Part shown: piece after piece, positions 28,181 through 39,765 of the stretch
Position numbering within the stretch: the stretch's first letter is position 1
How the letters are laid out: the number at the start of each line of letters is the position of its first letter
The notes under the pieces: model-generated
Databases searched by the model: none
The model's input: the letters and a program-made list of their open reading frames with translations, nothing else
What the model was told of the DNA's origin: nothing
Assembly: GCA_964594455.1 (NCBI GenBank)
Contig: CAZQLY010000001.1
Coordinates: 133,989 to 197,988, forward strand
From: an uncultured Gammaproteobacteria bacterium
Lineage (GTDB): Bacteria; Patescibacteriota; Patescibacteriia; JAHIZJ01
DNA: 64,000 nt
Direction of reading: 5' to 3'
Translations under genes and position numbers: made by a program

Positions 28181-28405
28181 CTGACACCTCCAGTACTTCT
28201 GAGGTTTATTGAGAAACAATGAACGACCATGCGTAATAGCATGGATTATTCATGTTGTCAATAGTTACCTTATTTTAGCCAAAAAGATATCCCCAGCTAC
28301 TCTGCCTATAAGTTTGAAAAATGGGCGATTTTGTGTTAGAATTTGAGTAGAAAATATACGCTTTTCTAGCGAAAATCAAACAAAAGTTTGTAAAACTTTT
28401 AAGAT

Positions 28406-28789
28406 ATGTCATTGAGAAAATTTTTATTGTTTATGACCGCTGTAACAGTGATTTGCTGGATCGGCTGGATCACTGTGTTGTTTTATATAGACCCTGATTC
28501 CGCCGGATTTATTGGCTTATTCCTATTTTATATCAGTCTGTTTTTTGCTGTTATCGGATCTTTTTCGCTACTTGGATTCTTTTTTCGGGTTTGGTTTTCA
28601 AAAGAAGAGGTTGTTTTTCATCATGTGGGAATAGCCTTTAGGCAGGCCCTGCTGTTTTCTTTGCTGCTGGTCGGTTCATTGATTCTTCAAGGCATGCGTA
28701 TTTTAACTTGGTGGAATGCTGCATTGTTCGTGATTTGTTTAGCTGTGCTGGAATTATTTTTCTTAACTAGAAAGAAGAGCTACTCATGA
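28406..28789 (+). CDS. Four-TM membrane protein coupled to pheS
   Basis: Hydrophobic; DP, RQ and WN motifs; ATGA overlap with pheS. Confidence 0.75.
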   Translation: MSLRKFLLFMTAVTVICWIGWITVLFYIDPDSAGFIGLFLFYISLFFAVIGSFSLLGFFFRVWFSKEEVVFHHVGIAFRQALLFSLLLVGSLILQGMRILTWWNAALFVICLAVLELFFLTRKKSYS

Positions 28790-29820
28790 GAGAAAAGATA
28801 GAAAAAATTCACCAACAAGCCAAAGCTGATTTGGGAGAAGTAACCAGCGAAAGCGATATCCAGAATCTGCGCAATAAATATTTGGGCCGTAAGGCTGAGT
28901 TGACTCGTTTACTGCGAGATGTCAAACAGCTGCCTCCTGAGGAGAGACCGCAGATGGGTCAGCTGGCCAATCGTCTTCGTAGCGAGATTGAAGAAGCATT
29001 AGCCGGCAAGAAGTTTGATCAAAGCGGCCTGGTAGGAAATATCGATATCACTTTGCCCGGCAAAAGGCTGCCGGTCGGACATTACCATCCTTTGACTCGC
29101 TTTTTACGAAAAGTTAAGAAAGTATTTAGTTCAATGGGATTTGAGATAGTTGATGGGCCGGAAGTGGAAACAGCAGAAAATAACTTTGATCTGCTAAATA
29201 TTCCCAAGGACCACCCAGCCAGAGATATGTGGGACACTTTTTATGTTAATAGAGGCAAAGGGATTAATCGGGGTAAAAGCACTGGATCACAATTGCTTCT
29301 GAGAACGCATACTTCACCCGGGCAAATTCGGGCAATGGCGAATCGAAAACCACCGGTTAGAATAATAGTTCCGGGTCGAGTATTCCGTCACGAGGCTACA
29401 GACGCTTCCCACGAAGCTCAGTTTTGCCAGTGTGAAGGCTTGGTTATAGATAAAGATGTAGCAGTAACTGATTTGATAGGTACGCTCAAAGCTTTTTTGA
29501 ATGAGATGTTTGGTGAAGACGTTAAGATCAGAATTCGTCCGGAATTTTATCCTTTTGTTGAACCGGGCATGGATATAGATATGAGTTGTATTTTGTGCAG
29601 CGGTAAGGGCTGTTCGGTATGTAGTCAGCGCGGCTGGTTGGAAATGCTTGGTTCAGGCATGGTTCACCCAACAGTTTTGAAGAATATGAAAGTTGATCCC
29701 AAGCAATACAGCGGCTTTGCTTTTGGGCTTGGCATAGACAGGCTGATGATGCTTTATTACGGTGTGCAGGATGTCCGGCTGTCCTATTCAAATGATTTAC
29801 GATTTTTAAAACAGTTTTAA
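28786..29820 (+). CDS. pheS: Phenylalanyl-tRNA synthetase alpha subunit
   Basis: HPARDMWDTF, LLRTHTS, FYPFVEP, GFAFGLGIDR. Confidence 0.97.
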   Translation: MREKIEKIHQQAKADLGEVTSESDIQNLRNKYLGRKAELTRLLRDVKQLPPEERPQMGQLANRLRSEIEEALAGKKFDQSGLVGNIDITLPGKRLPVGHYHPLTRFLRKVKKVFSSMGFEIVDGPEVETAENNFDLLNIPKDHPARDMWDTFYVNRGKGINRGKSTGSQLLLRTHTSPGQIRAMANRKPPVRIIVPGRVFRHEATDASHEAQFCQCEGLVIDKDVAVTDLIGTLKAFLNEMFGEDVKIRIRPEFYPFVEPGMDIDMSCILCSGKGCSVCSQRGWLEMLGSGMVHPTVLKNMKVDPKQYSGFAFGLGIDRLMMLYYGVQDVRLSYSNDLRFLKQF

Positions 29821-29831
29821 GATATATTTAT

Positions 29832-30146
29832 ATGTCAAAATTTTTAAAAAAATTAGAAGACCGAAACTTTGATATTCTGATATACTCCGTACTGATTTTT
29901 TTCTACGGCTTAGGCTGGGATTTGGTACAGGATCGCCAGGTCGATTATTGGTCGGTAATAGGAGTAATCAGCTATACGGTTTTTGTTCTGCTGCTCCTGG
30001 TCAAAAGGCGGATGAACCTTCCTGATCCTAATGCTGGTGAACATCTTTCCAAAATTAGCCCTCGTAAAGACTTCACCGGAAAAATGGTATTGGCAGCCAT
30101 ACTCTATGGGTTATTGGTTTATAAGCTAATAACAGGTTTTCTCTAA
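29832..30146 (+). CDS. Small three-TM membrane protein inside the pheST operon
   Basis: Hydrophobic ORF; resembles its downstream neighbour. Confidence 0.65.
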   Translation: MSKFLKKLEDRNFDILIYSVLIFFYGLGWDLVQDRQVDYWSVIGVISYTVFVLLLLVKRRMNLPDPNAGEHLSKISPRKDFTGKMVLAAILYGLLVYKLITGFL

Positions 30147-30150
30147 ACAT

Positions 30151-30456
30151 ATGAAAGAAAATTTCAAATCAGTTTTTCAAACAAAAATGTTTGATGCTGC
30201 GCTGGGGATTTTATTGTTTATGATATTGGCGTTTGCCCTGGATTATGCTACGGACGAGCAGTTTACCAGCAACTCTATACTTTTTGATTTAGTTTTTAGT
30301 TTTCTTTTAGGTGTTTTATTGGTTGTTAAGCCTTCTGGTAAAAAAATGGATCCCAAGATTTTGAAACAGCGGGCTGAAACCATGGAGCTGGTGGGTAAGG
30401 TTTTGATTGGTATCCTACTGTTTGTAACTTTAATTGTTTTAATCTTAACAAAGTAG
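30151..30456 (+). CDS. Small three-TM membrane protein inside the pheST operon
   Basis: Hydrophobic ORF abutting the pheT start. Confidence 0.65.
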   Translation: MKENFKSVFQTKMFDAALGILLFMILAFALDYATDEQFTSNSILFDLVFSFLLGVLLVVKPSGKKMDPKILKQRAETMELVGKVLIGILLFVTLIVLILTK

Positions 30457-32853
30457 ATGAGACTTTCTCTTGATTGGTTAAAAGATTTTGTTGCGGTTAA
30501 AGAGGTGCCTGAAAAAGCAGCTGAAATTTTGACGTTACTGGGTTTTGAAGTAGAAACCATCGAAAAACCAGGACGAGAAATCAAAAACGTTATAACAACA
30601 AAAATTACCAAGATAAGAAAGCATCCTCAGGCTGACCGTTTGCAGCTGGCAACTGTTACCGACGGCAAAAAAGAACAAGAAGTTGTTTGTGGTGCCACTA
30701 ATATACGCGTGGGTCAAACAGTTCCATTAGCCAGAGTGGGAACGGTACTGCCTGGTGGCCGCAAGATAGAAAAAGCTAAAATTCGAGGTGTTGTATCCGA
30801 AGGCATGCTTTGTTCAGAAAAAGAACTCGGTTTAGGATTGGATCATGAAGGAATATACATTTTGGATAGCAGGGTCTCTTTGGGTCAAAGCTTGAGCCAA
30901 GCCCTGGGTCTAAACGATGCAGTTTTAGATATAACCATTTCTCCAAATCGCTCAGATTGCTTCTCAGTCCTGGGATTAGCGCGTGAGTATGCAGCTCAGA
31001 CTGGGCGCTCTTTGAAAACAAAGAAATATTCATTGAAGAAAATCAATAAAAAAAGCTCAGTTACTATTGTTAACAGAGAAACCAAAATTTGTCCCAAATA
31101 TACCGCTAGAGAGATAATTGATGTCAAAGTTGAATCTTCACCCGTCTGGCTCAAGAGCCGCTTGATTGCTGCAGGTGTGCGCCCGATAAACAATGTAGTT
31201 GATGCGACTAACTACATGATGCTGGAGACCGGCCAGCCGATACACGCCTTTGATTTGGATCAGCTGGCTGAGACTTCAGGAAATCATAGAATTATTATTC
31301 GTTCAGCCAAGCAAAAAGAGAAGATAAAGACGCTGGATGGACAGGGAAGGGAATTAAATCCATCTATGTTGATTATAGCTGACAGTAGAGAGCCTATTGC
31401 CGTGGCTGGTGTAATGGGCGGCGTGGCTAGCGAAGTTACTCCAGAAACAAAACGAGTTGTCTTGGAGGTAGCGGCTTTTGACAAACTGTCAGTTCGCAAA
31501 ACTAGCCAGCAGCTTGGTCTCCGTTCAGAAAGCTCTACTCGGTTTGAAAAAGGGATTGATCTGACGCAGATTGAAACAGTTTCTGATAATACAGCCAGCT
31601 TAATCGCCGATTTGAGTAGCGGCAAAGTTCTCAGTAAGATGCATGTTAATGGCTCCAAAGCTAAACCCAAAGAAAATAAAGTAGAACTGGATTTGGCTGA
31701 AGTGAAACGCCTTCTGGGCATAGAAATTCCCAAGCCTGAGATCAAAAAATATTTGCAACGCCTGGGCTTCAAGGTAACTGGTAGTGCTAAATCATTTAAC
31801 GTAACGGTCCCGAGCTGGAGGAGTGATATTGTAGTACCGGCTGATTTAATTGAAGAGATAGGTCGAATGTATGGATACAATAAGTTGGAACCAACATTAT
31901 TAACTGGTACTCTAAAACCTTCAAAAACCAACAAATCTGATGCCTGGTCTGAAAAACTCAGAGACAGTCTGGTTGGTCTGGGATATTCAGAGGTATATAA
32001 TTATTCATTCTATGATTTAAAATCGGCTGAAACAGCTGAACTGCCCGCGTCCGAACACTATAAAGTTTCTAATCCCATGAGTCCAGATCAGAAATATTTA
32101 CGAGCCAGTTTAATCCCTCGCTTGAAAGAAAATTTGAGGCGAAACGGCTCTCATCAAAAAGATATGCATATTTTTGAGGTCGGACGTACTTTCCACCCGG
32201 GGGCAGATTTACCGGTAGAGCACACCGTTCTAGCTGCGGCCGTGGCTAGAGACCGAGCCAAATCCCAAGAGATAGTATTAGAGTTAAAGGGCGTGCTCCA
32301 GAAGATACTCAACACGCTCCATTTGAATATTTTAATGCATATTGAATCAGTCCGCCCAGGATATTACAAGATAAAACTAGGTGAGATGGGTGAGGTGGGA
32401 GGATTATTCATTTTTTCGAACCGGGAAATGAATCAACTCAAACTATCTGGGAGTGCCGGTGCCTTTGGTATAAGACTGGACCTAATAATCGGTAAAGCCA
32501 GTGATCGGGTTCAGTATCAACCGTTTTCACAATATCCTACTATCGAAAGGGATTTGGCGGTAATTATTGATGAGCAGATTGAATATGTTAAAATCGGTGA
32601 AGCTATCTGCCGGATTAATCAGACAACAATGAGCAAGCAGGAACCCAATGGATTGGTAGCCGACCTAGGCTTATTTGGTGAAATATATAGAGGGAAGAAT
32701 ATCGGCTCTAATAAAAAAAGTTTACCGATCCGAATAGTCTATCAATCACCCAGCCGGACACTCAGCCATAAAGAAGTAGAAAAAATACAGAATAAGATAA
32801 TAAGCAAACTTCAGCAAGAATTTGGGGCAAAGATTAAAGGTATTAATAATTGA
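30457..32853 (+). CDS. pheT: Phenylalanyl-tRNA synthetase beta subunit
   Basis: HPQADRL, VVCGATN, SEGMLCS, PNRSDC, GQPIHAFD, DLIEEIGR, RDLA. Confidence 0.97.
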   Translation: MRLSLDWLKDFVAVKEVPEKAAEILTLLGFEVETIEKPGREIKNVITTKITKIRKHPQADRLQLATVTDGKKEQEVVCGATNIRVGQTVPLARVGTVLPGGRKIEKAKIRGVVSEGMLCSEKELGLGLDHEGIYILDSRVSLGQSLSQALGLNDAVLDITISPNRSDCFSVLGLAREYAAQTGRSLKTKKYSLKKINKKSSVTIVNRETKICPKYTAREIIDVKVESSPVWLKSRLIAAGVRPINNVVDATNYMMLETGQPIHAFDLDQLAETSGNHRIIIRSAKQKEKIKTLDGQGRELNPSMLIIADSREPIAVAGVMGGVASEVTPETKRVVLEVAAFDKLSVRKTSQQLGLRSESSTRFEKGIDLTQIETVSDNTASLIADLSSGKVLSKMHVNGSKAKPKENKVELDLAEVKRLLGIEIPKPEIKKYLQRLGFKVTGSAKSFNVTVPSWRSDIVVPADLIEEIGRMYGYNKLEPTLLTGTLKPSKTNKSDAWSEKLRDSLVGLGYSEVYNYSFYDLKSAETAELPASEHYKVSNPMSPDQKYLRASLIPRLKENLRRNGSHQKDMHIFEVGRTFHPGADLPVEHTVLAAAVARDRAKSQEIVLELKGVLQKILNTLHLNILMHIESVRPGYYKIKLGEMGEVGGLFIFSNREMNQLKLSGSAGAFGIRLDLIIGKASDRVQYQPFSQYPTIERDLAVIIDEQIEYVKIGEAICRINQTTMSKQEPNGLVADLGLFGEIYRGKNIGSNKKSLPIRIVYQSPSRTLSHKEVEKIQNKIISKLQQEFGAKIKGINN

Positions 32854-32868
32854 TAATCAAATAAATAA

Positions 32869-34941
<2,073 letters not shown>

Positions 34942-34973
34942 TACGCCCGCGTTTCTTCCTGAAACAACGGGCG

Positions 34974-35546
34974 TTAGGTGGTTGGATTGGATCGGAGGCG
35001 CTTGATAGGAATAACTTCGAAAAGTTCAGTGCCGTATTCAAGTACCGCTCCTTTTTCCTGAAGCACCCTGATTATCCTGACAGCGTCGAAATCAGTTACT
35101 TCTTCATAGCGAGGACAAGACTCTCGACCCGTGTCGCGCCAGATGGACCCGATTTTGATATCAAAGTGATTGCCAAGCACATGGGCGCAGCTGATAATAT
35201 CATTTTTGGCAAAACATCTGGGTGTCCGGGTGGAACCGCCGGATCGCCGGATCTTTAGCCGATAATCTGCCGCTACAATGGGTGACCGGATGACATAACG
35301 CGGTGGGTTGGGAGATGCCTGTTTAGCGCTAGAAACTGCAACCGGCGGCCTGGAGCGAGTAACTGTGGCGAGTTTCTTACTGAGAGTGTATTGATAGCAG
35401 CGAAACAAAGAAAACCATCTTCGCTTGATTGTTACATCAAGACTGATTCCGGTGCTGGCAGAAGAGCAAGCGATATGTTTTTTGAAATCATTAGGGTGAC
35501 CCCACACATATCGCCTTAACCAGCCGATAATATCCAGAAAGAGCAT
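34974..35546 (-). CDS. Hypothetical Arg-rich protein (cassette gene)
   Basis: TAAGGAGGT SD; TTGCTT-N17-TAAACT promoter; hairpin 34943-34974 shared with gyrB. Confidence 0.65.
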   Translation of the reverse strand: MLFLDIIGWLRRYVWGHPNDFKKHIACSSASTGISLDVTIKRRWFSLFRCYQYTLSKKLATVTRSRPPVAVSSAKQASPNPPRYVIRSPIVAADYRLKIRRSGGSTRTPRCFAKNDIISCAHVLGNHFDIKIGSIWRDTGRESCPRYEEVTDFDAVRIIRVLQEKGAVLEYGTELFEVIPIKRLRSNPTT

Positions 35547-35599
35547 AGTAACCTCCTTAGTTGGTGGTTCACGAAGCTTGTCAGTTTATCAAAACCTAT

Positions 35600-36061
35600 A
35601 TGAATAAGCAAGTTGATACATTTTTTCCTAAACGCATGCACTGGGTTTTGAAGCTGCGCCAAGTGACTGATTATTGGCTGACTCTGATACCTTGGCCAAA
35701 TCTGAATCCCACCATAGTATCGATACTATCATTGTTGGCAGCCCTGGGCTTTGCCTGGGCATATCTAGAGGGGTTAGTTTGGATAGCGTTAGTACTTTTG
35801 ATAATAAACATGCTAGGCGATTGGATTGATGGCGCTATCGCCAAGCGGCACAACCGCACTAGTTTCAAGGGGTGGGTGATAGACAACGTAGTTGATCGAG
35901 CTTCCGAAGGGATCATTTTGATACAGTTCATGGAGCCTTGGTTTTCTATGTTTGTCATCAATTGCTTCATGGCGTTTTATTCGTATGCCTTTCGTTGCAA
36001 TATAATTATTCCTTTACGCATAATATTCCTAGTTTATTATTTGATAATTATTTTTATATAA
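35600..36061 (+). CDS. CDP-alcohol phosphatidyltransferase family protein; start at ATG 35600
   Basis: DWIDGAIAK...G.VID..VDR signature. Confidence 0.85.
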   Translation: MNKQVDTFFPKRMHWVLKLRQVTDYWLTLIPWPNLNPTIVSILSLLAALGFAWAYLEGLVWIALVLLIINMLGDWIDGAIAKRHNRTSFKGWVIDNVVDRASEGIILIQFMEPWFSMFVINCFMAFYSYAFRCNIIIPLRIIFLVYYLIIIFI

Positions 36062-36067
36062 AAGTAA

Positions 36068-36610
36068 ATGTTTCAATTTGTCCTCCAGTGCCTTTGGTTC
36101 ATGCTACCGATCGGCGTGGCCAATATGAGTCCGGTGATTTTCAAAAACCAGCTTAGGGTTTTAGCTCGGCCGGTTGATTATGACATAAAGTTTTTTAACG
36201 AACCCCTTTTTGGAAAACACAAAACCTGGCGGGGATTCTTGGTTGCAACATTGGCGGGCGGCATCACTTTTATATTGCAGCAAGCACTTTACACCATCCC
36301 ATCGTTTGAGTATTTGAGCTTGTTTGATTATCCGGCCATCCCCTCGCATTTTGGATTTGTAGTCGGCTTTGGAGCATTATTTGGCGATCTGATTAGAGCT
36401 TTTTTTAAACGTCGGTTCAAGGTTTCACCGGGAAAAACTTGGCTACCCTTTGATCAAATAGACTACACTATCGGAGGATTGGTTTTTGCTTTGCCTTATG
36501 TATCGATTAGTTGGTCCGTTGCTATAACTATTGTTTTATCAGGCTTTCTGCTCCATATCATAGTGGGTCATATTGGCTATTATTTACGAATAAAGGACAG
36601 CCGTTGGTAG
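36068..36610 (+). CDS. CDP-archaeol synthase (CarS)-like cytidylyltransferase
   Basis: ANMSPV, PVD..FG.HKTWRG, GDL..AFFKRR, DQID motifs. Confidence 0.8.
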   Translation: MFQFVLQCLWFMLPIGVANMSPVIFKNQLRVLARPVDYDIKFFNEPLFGKHKTWRGFLVATLAGGITFILQQALYTIPSFEYLSLFDYPAIPSHFGFVVGFGALFGDLIRAFFKRRFKVSPGKTWLPFDQIDYTIGGLVFALPYVSISWSVAITIVLSGFLLHIIVGHIGYYLRIKDSRW

Positions 36611-36702
36611 GGAAAGCTGATTAACTTGACGACTAATAAAGAACGTTATATACTGGGGATAGATTAAATATCCGCCAGACAAGCGGATTTTAAAAACCAC
36701 AA

Positions 36703-36894
36703 ATGAACATTACTGACAACAAATTAACCAGGTATTTAAAGGAATCCAGACAAGAATTAAAAAAGGTAGTCTGGCCCACTCGTCGCGAGACAGTTAGAAA
36801 CACACTGATTGTTATTGGAATTAGTGTAGCGGTTGCGGCTTTTCTGGGTGTAGCTGACTACCTCCTCAATCTGGGTTTAGAAAATATTATTTAA
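36703..36894 (+). CDS. secE: Preprotein translocase SecE
   Basis: ELKKVVWPTR; upstream of nusG. Confidence 0.93.
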   Translation: MNITDNKLTRYLKESRQELKKVVWPTRRETVRNTLIVIGISVAVAAFLGVADYLLNLGLENII

Positions 36895-36904
36895 ATAATC
36901 TAAT

Positions 36905-37450
36905 ATGCCTAAACAAACAGCAGCGCAAGGTCGCAGATGGTATGTACTTCATACATATTCAGGATACGAAGAAAACGTTGCTCGCAACTTGAAACAACGT
37001 ATTGAATCAATGGATATGGAAGACAAGATATTCAACGTTTTGATACCTACAGAAAAAAAGATAAAAATCAAGAATGGCAAGCGCCGAGTTGTTACAGAAA
37101 AGATTTTTCCTGGATATGTTTTGGTTGAAATGGTGGTGACAGATGATTCTTGGTATGTGGTTCGAAACACTCCAAACGTGACTGGTTTCGTTGGTTCAGG
37201 CACAACCCCGACTCCGATATCAGAGACCGAGGTTAAGTCTCTACAGAAAAGAATGGGTGTCGAAGAGCCGAAATACAAGATTGACGTTAATGTTAATACA
37301 CCCGTCAGAATCATTGATGGACCATTCAAAGACTTCGAAGGTAAGATTAATGAAATCGATGAAGCTCGCGGTAAGGTCAAAGTACTGGTCTCAATGTTTG
37401 GTCGTGAGACCCCAGTGGAATTAGACTTCCTACAAATTAAAAAGATATAA
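36905..37450 (+). CDS. nusG: Transcription elongation/antitermination factor NusG
   Basis: [38 protein letters not shown]. Confidence 0.97.
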   Translation: MPKQTAAQGRRWYVLHTYSGYEENVARNLKQRIESMDMEDKIFNVLIPTEKKIKIKNGKRRVVTEKIFPGYVLVEMVVTDDSWYVVRNTPNVTGFVGSGTTPTPISETEVKSLQKRMGVEEPKYKIDVNVNTPVRIIDGPFKDFEGKINEIDEARGKVKVLVSMFGRETPVELDFLQIKKI

Positions 37451-37455
37451 ACTAT

Positions 37456-37884
37456 ATGGCTAAGAAAGTAAAAACAGTTGTCAAACTACAAATTCCAGCC
37501 GGTAAAGCAACACCCGCTCCACCGATCGGACCAGCTCTAGGTCAACACGGATTAAATATCCAGGATTTCTGCACCCGTTTTAATGCCGAGACCAAGGATA
37601 TGGGTGGGGATGTCGTGCCAGTGGAAATTACTATTTTTGAAGACCGGACTTTTTCTTTTATCAAAAAAACTCCTCCAGCCGCTGAATTATTAAAGAAGGC
37701 CGCCGGTATCAAAAAAGGATCCGGTAGTTCTCTGAAGGAAAAGGTCGCCAAAGTTACCCAGCAACAGATCAGAGAGATTGCTGAGCGCAAGATGCCCGAT
37801 CTAAACGCCAATGACGTAGAAGCCGCCATGAAGATTATCGAAGGTACGGCTCGAAATATGGGTATCACAGTCGAAGGTAAGTAA
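37456..37884 (+). CDS. rplK: 50S ribosomal protein L11
   Basis: [23 protein letters not shown]. Confidence 0.97.
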   Translation: MAKKVKTVVKLQIPAGKATPAPPIGPALGQHGLNIQDFCTRFNAETKDMGGDVVPVEITIFEDRTFSFIKKTPPAAELLKKAAGIKKGSGSSLKEKVAKVTQQQIREIAERKMPDLNANDVEAAMKIIEGTARNMGITVEGK

Positions 37885-37905
37885 AATAATAAACAACATA
37901 CTAAT

Positions 37906-37947
37906 TAGTGGGAGATCCAAATAGTCTCTAGATCGATTGAACCACTA
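37906..37947 (+). promoter_or_regulatory. L1 autoregulatory mRNA site between rplK and rplA
   Basis: TAGTGGGAG...GAACCACTA closing stem, matching the intercistronic L1-binding element pattern. Confidence 0.6.
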
Positions 37948-37958
37948 AAAGGAGTAAT

Positions 37959-38639
37959 ATGAAAAGAAGTAAACGCTATCAAGAAGCAGCCAATCAGGTC
38001 GACAAACAGAAGACCTATTCAATGACTGAGGCTTTTGATTTGATTAAGAAGACCTCAACTACTAAATTTGATTCATCTGTTGAGGTGCATATCCATCTGG
38101 GAATTGATTTAAAGAAACCGGACCAGCAAGTCAGGGCTACGGCTCAACTGCCTCATTCTACGGGCCGGAAAAGGAAAATATTGGTATTAGCCAATGACGC
38201 TGACCAAAAGAAGGCTTTGGAGGCTGGAGCCAGTCAAGCCGGTGGTGAGGATCTGATTAAAGAAATTAAGAAAACTCAGAAAGTTAATGCTGATATTGTC
38301 TTGGCTACTCCTGAGATGATGAAAAAAATTGGCCAGGTCGCTAAAATACTAGGCACCAAGGGATTGATGCCAAACCCCAAGAACGAAACCATAACTGCCG
38401 ATGTGGCAAAAACAATCAAGGATCTGGCCAGCGGCAAAATAGCCTTCCGTTCCGATGAATCAGGCAATGTCCATCAAATAATCGGCAAAGTATCATTTGA
38501 TCAAAAAATATTGGAAGATAATTTCAGAACCTTTGTGGAGGCAGTGCGTAAGGCTAAACCAGCCGAAGCCAAAGGTATATATATCCAAGGCATCACGCTT
38601 ACCACCACCATGGGTCCTGGGATTCGAGTAGCGTCATAA
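37959..38639 (+). CDS. rplA: 50S ribosomal protein L1
   Basis: KFDSSVE, LGTKGLMPNPK, TTTMGPG. Confidence 0.97.
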   Translation: MKRSKRYQEAANQVDKQKTYSMTEAFDLIKKTSTTKFDSSVEVHIHLGIDLKKPDQQVRATAQLPHSTGRKRKILVLANDADQKKALEAGASQAGGEDLIKEIKKTQKVNADIVLATPEMMKKIGQVAKILGTKGLMPNPKNETITADVAKTIKDLASGKIAFRSDESGNVHQIIGKVSFDQKILEDNFRTFVEAVRKAKPAEAKGIYIQGITLTTTMGPGIRVAS

Positions 38640-38654
38640 TTAATATTCTTTCAC

Positions 38655-39194
38655 ATGGCAGAAAAAAAGTATTATCGTCCCAGCTGGGATGACTATTTCA
38701 TGGCTATTGCTCGAATTGTGGCCACTCGCGGAACATGTGACCGTTTAAGGGGTAGTGCAGTACTAGTTAAAAACAATCGCATCATTTCAACCGGCTACAA
38801 CGGCTCTCCTCCTGGTTTACCGCATTGTGATGATGTTGGTCATATGATGGAAGAGGGGCACTGTATTAGGACAATTCATGCCGAACACAATGCTCTGCTG
38901 CAGGCGGCTGTTATTCCCGGGGCGAGTACCGAGGGGTCAACGCTTTATGTAAAATATCTACCATGTGCGCATTGTTGTAAATATATTGTGGCTTGTGGTG
39001 TGAAAAGAGTGGTGTACGCGGACTTTTATAGAAACACAAAATCAGCAGATTACTTAGAGGAAGCTGGTCTAGAGGTAGACAAATATAAGAACAACAAGGT
39101 ATGGAATAAAAAAGCTCAAGAATTATTTGCTGAGGAAATAAAAGAGGTAAAAGCAGCTGAAGGATACGTGGTTATTAAAGACGGAGAAAAATGA
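38655..39194 (+). CDS. dCMP deaminase (ComEB family)
   Basis: RPSWDDYFM, TGYNG, HAEHNA, PCAHC. Confidence 0.9.
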   Translation: MAEKKYYRPSWDDYFMAIARIVATRGTCDRLRGSAVLVKNNRIISTGYNGSPPGLPHCDDVGHMMEEGHCIRTIHAEHNALLQAAVIPGASTEGSTLYVKYLPCAHCCKYIVACGVKRVVYADFYRNTKSADYLEEAGLEVDKYKNNKVWNKKAQELFAEEIKEVKAAEGYVVIKDGEK

Positions 39195-39751
39195 TTATAG
39201 GATTAACCGGCTACACTGCCGCTGGCAAAGGTACGGTAGCTGAATTTTTAAAAGAGAAAGGGTTTGTCTATCATTCTTGTTCTGATGTTTTAAGAGAAGA
39301 AAACAAGAAATTGGGCCAGGAAAACACCATTGAGAATTTGATAACGCTGGGAAATAAACTGCGTGAAGAACAAGGACCCGGCGTGTTAGCAATAAGACTA
39401 TTAGAAAAAATAAAGGCTGAAAAAGAAGAATTATCCATAGTAGATAGTTTAAGACACCCCGATGAAATCGCCACTCTGAGAGAAACAGGCGATTTTGTGC
39501 TATTTAGCGTTGATGCGCCTCTAGACCTCCGATACGAACGAACTCAATTGAGGAAGCGAGACGAGGATAAAATTGATTTTGAGGAATTCAAAAGACAAGA
39601 ACAATTCCAAATTACCGGCAAAGGCAGTCAAGCCCAGATTCTGAACTGTATCAAGCTAGCTGATTACAACATAGTTAACGATGGAACCATTGAAGAACTG
39701 AAACTAAAAGTTGATGTTTTAATTGACGAACTCGGCATCAAAAAAGAATAG
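39191..39751 (+). CDS. P-loop nucleoside monophosphate / dephospho-CoA kinase-like protein
   Basis: IIGLTGYTAAGKGT, DSLRHPDE, ADY.I.NDG. Confidence 0.75.
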   Translation: MIIGLTGYTAAGKGTVAEFLKEKGFVYHSCSDVLREENKKLGQENTIENLITLGNKLREEQGPGVLAIRLLEKIKAEKEELSIVDSLRHPDEIATLRETGDFVLFSVDAPLDLRYERTQLRKRDEDKIDFEEFKRQEQFQITGKGSQAQILNCIKLADYNIVNDGTIEELKLKVDVLIDELGIKKE

Positions 39752-39765
39752 TAAATAAAATACCC

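Noticed and set aside
38639-38655. Absence of rplJ-rplL after rplA
   Set aside because: Operon splitting is common in reduced genomes and not informative from one window
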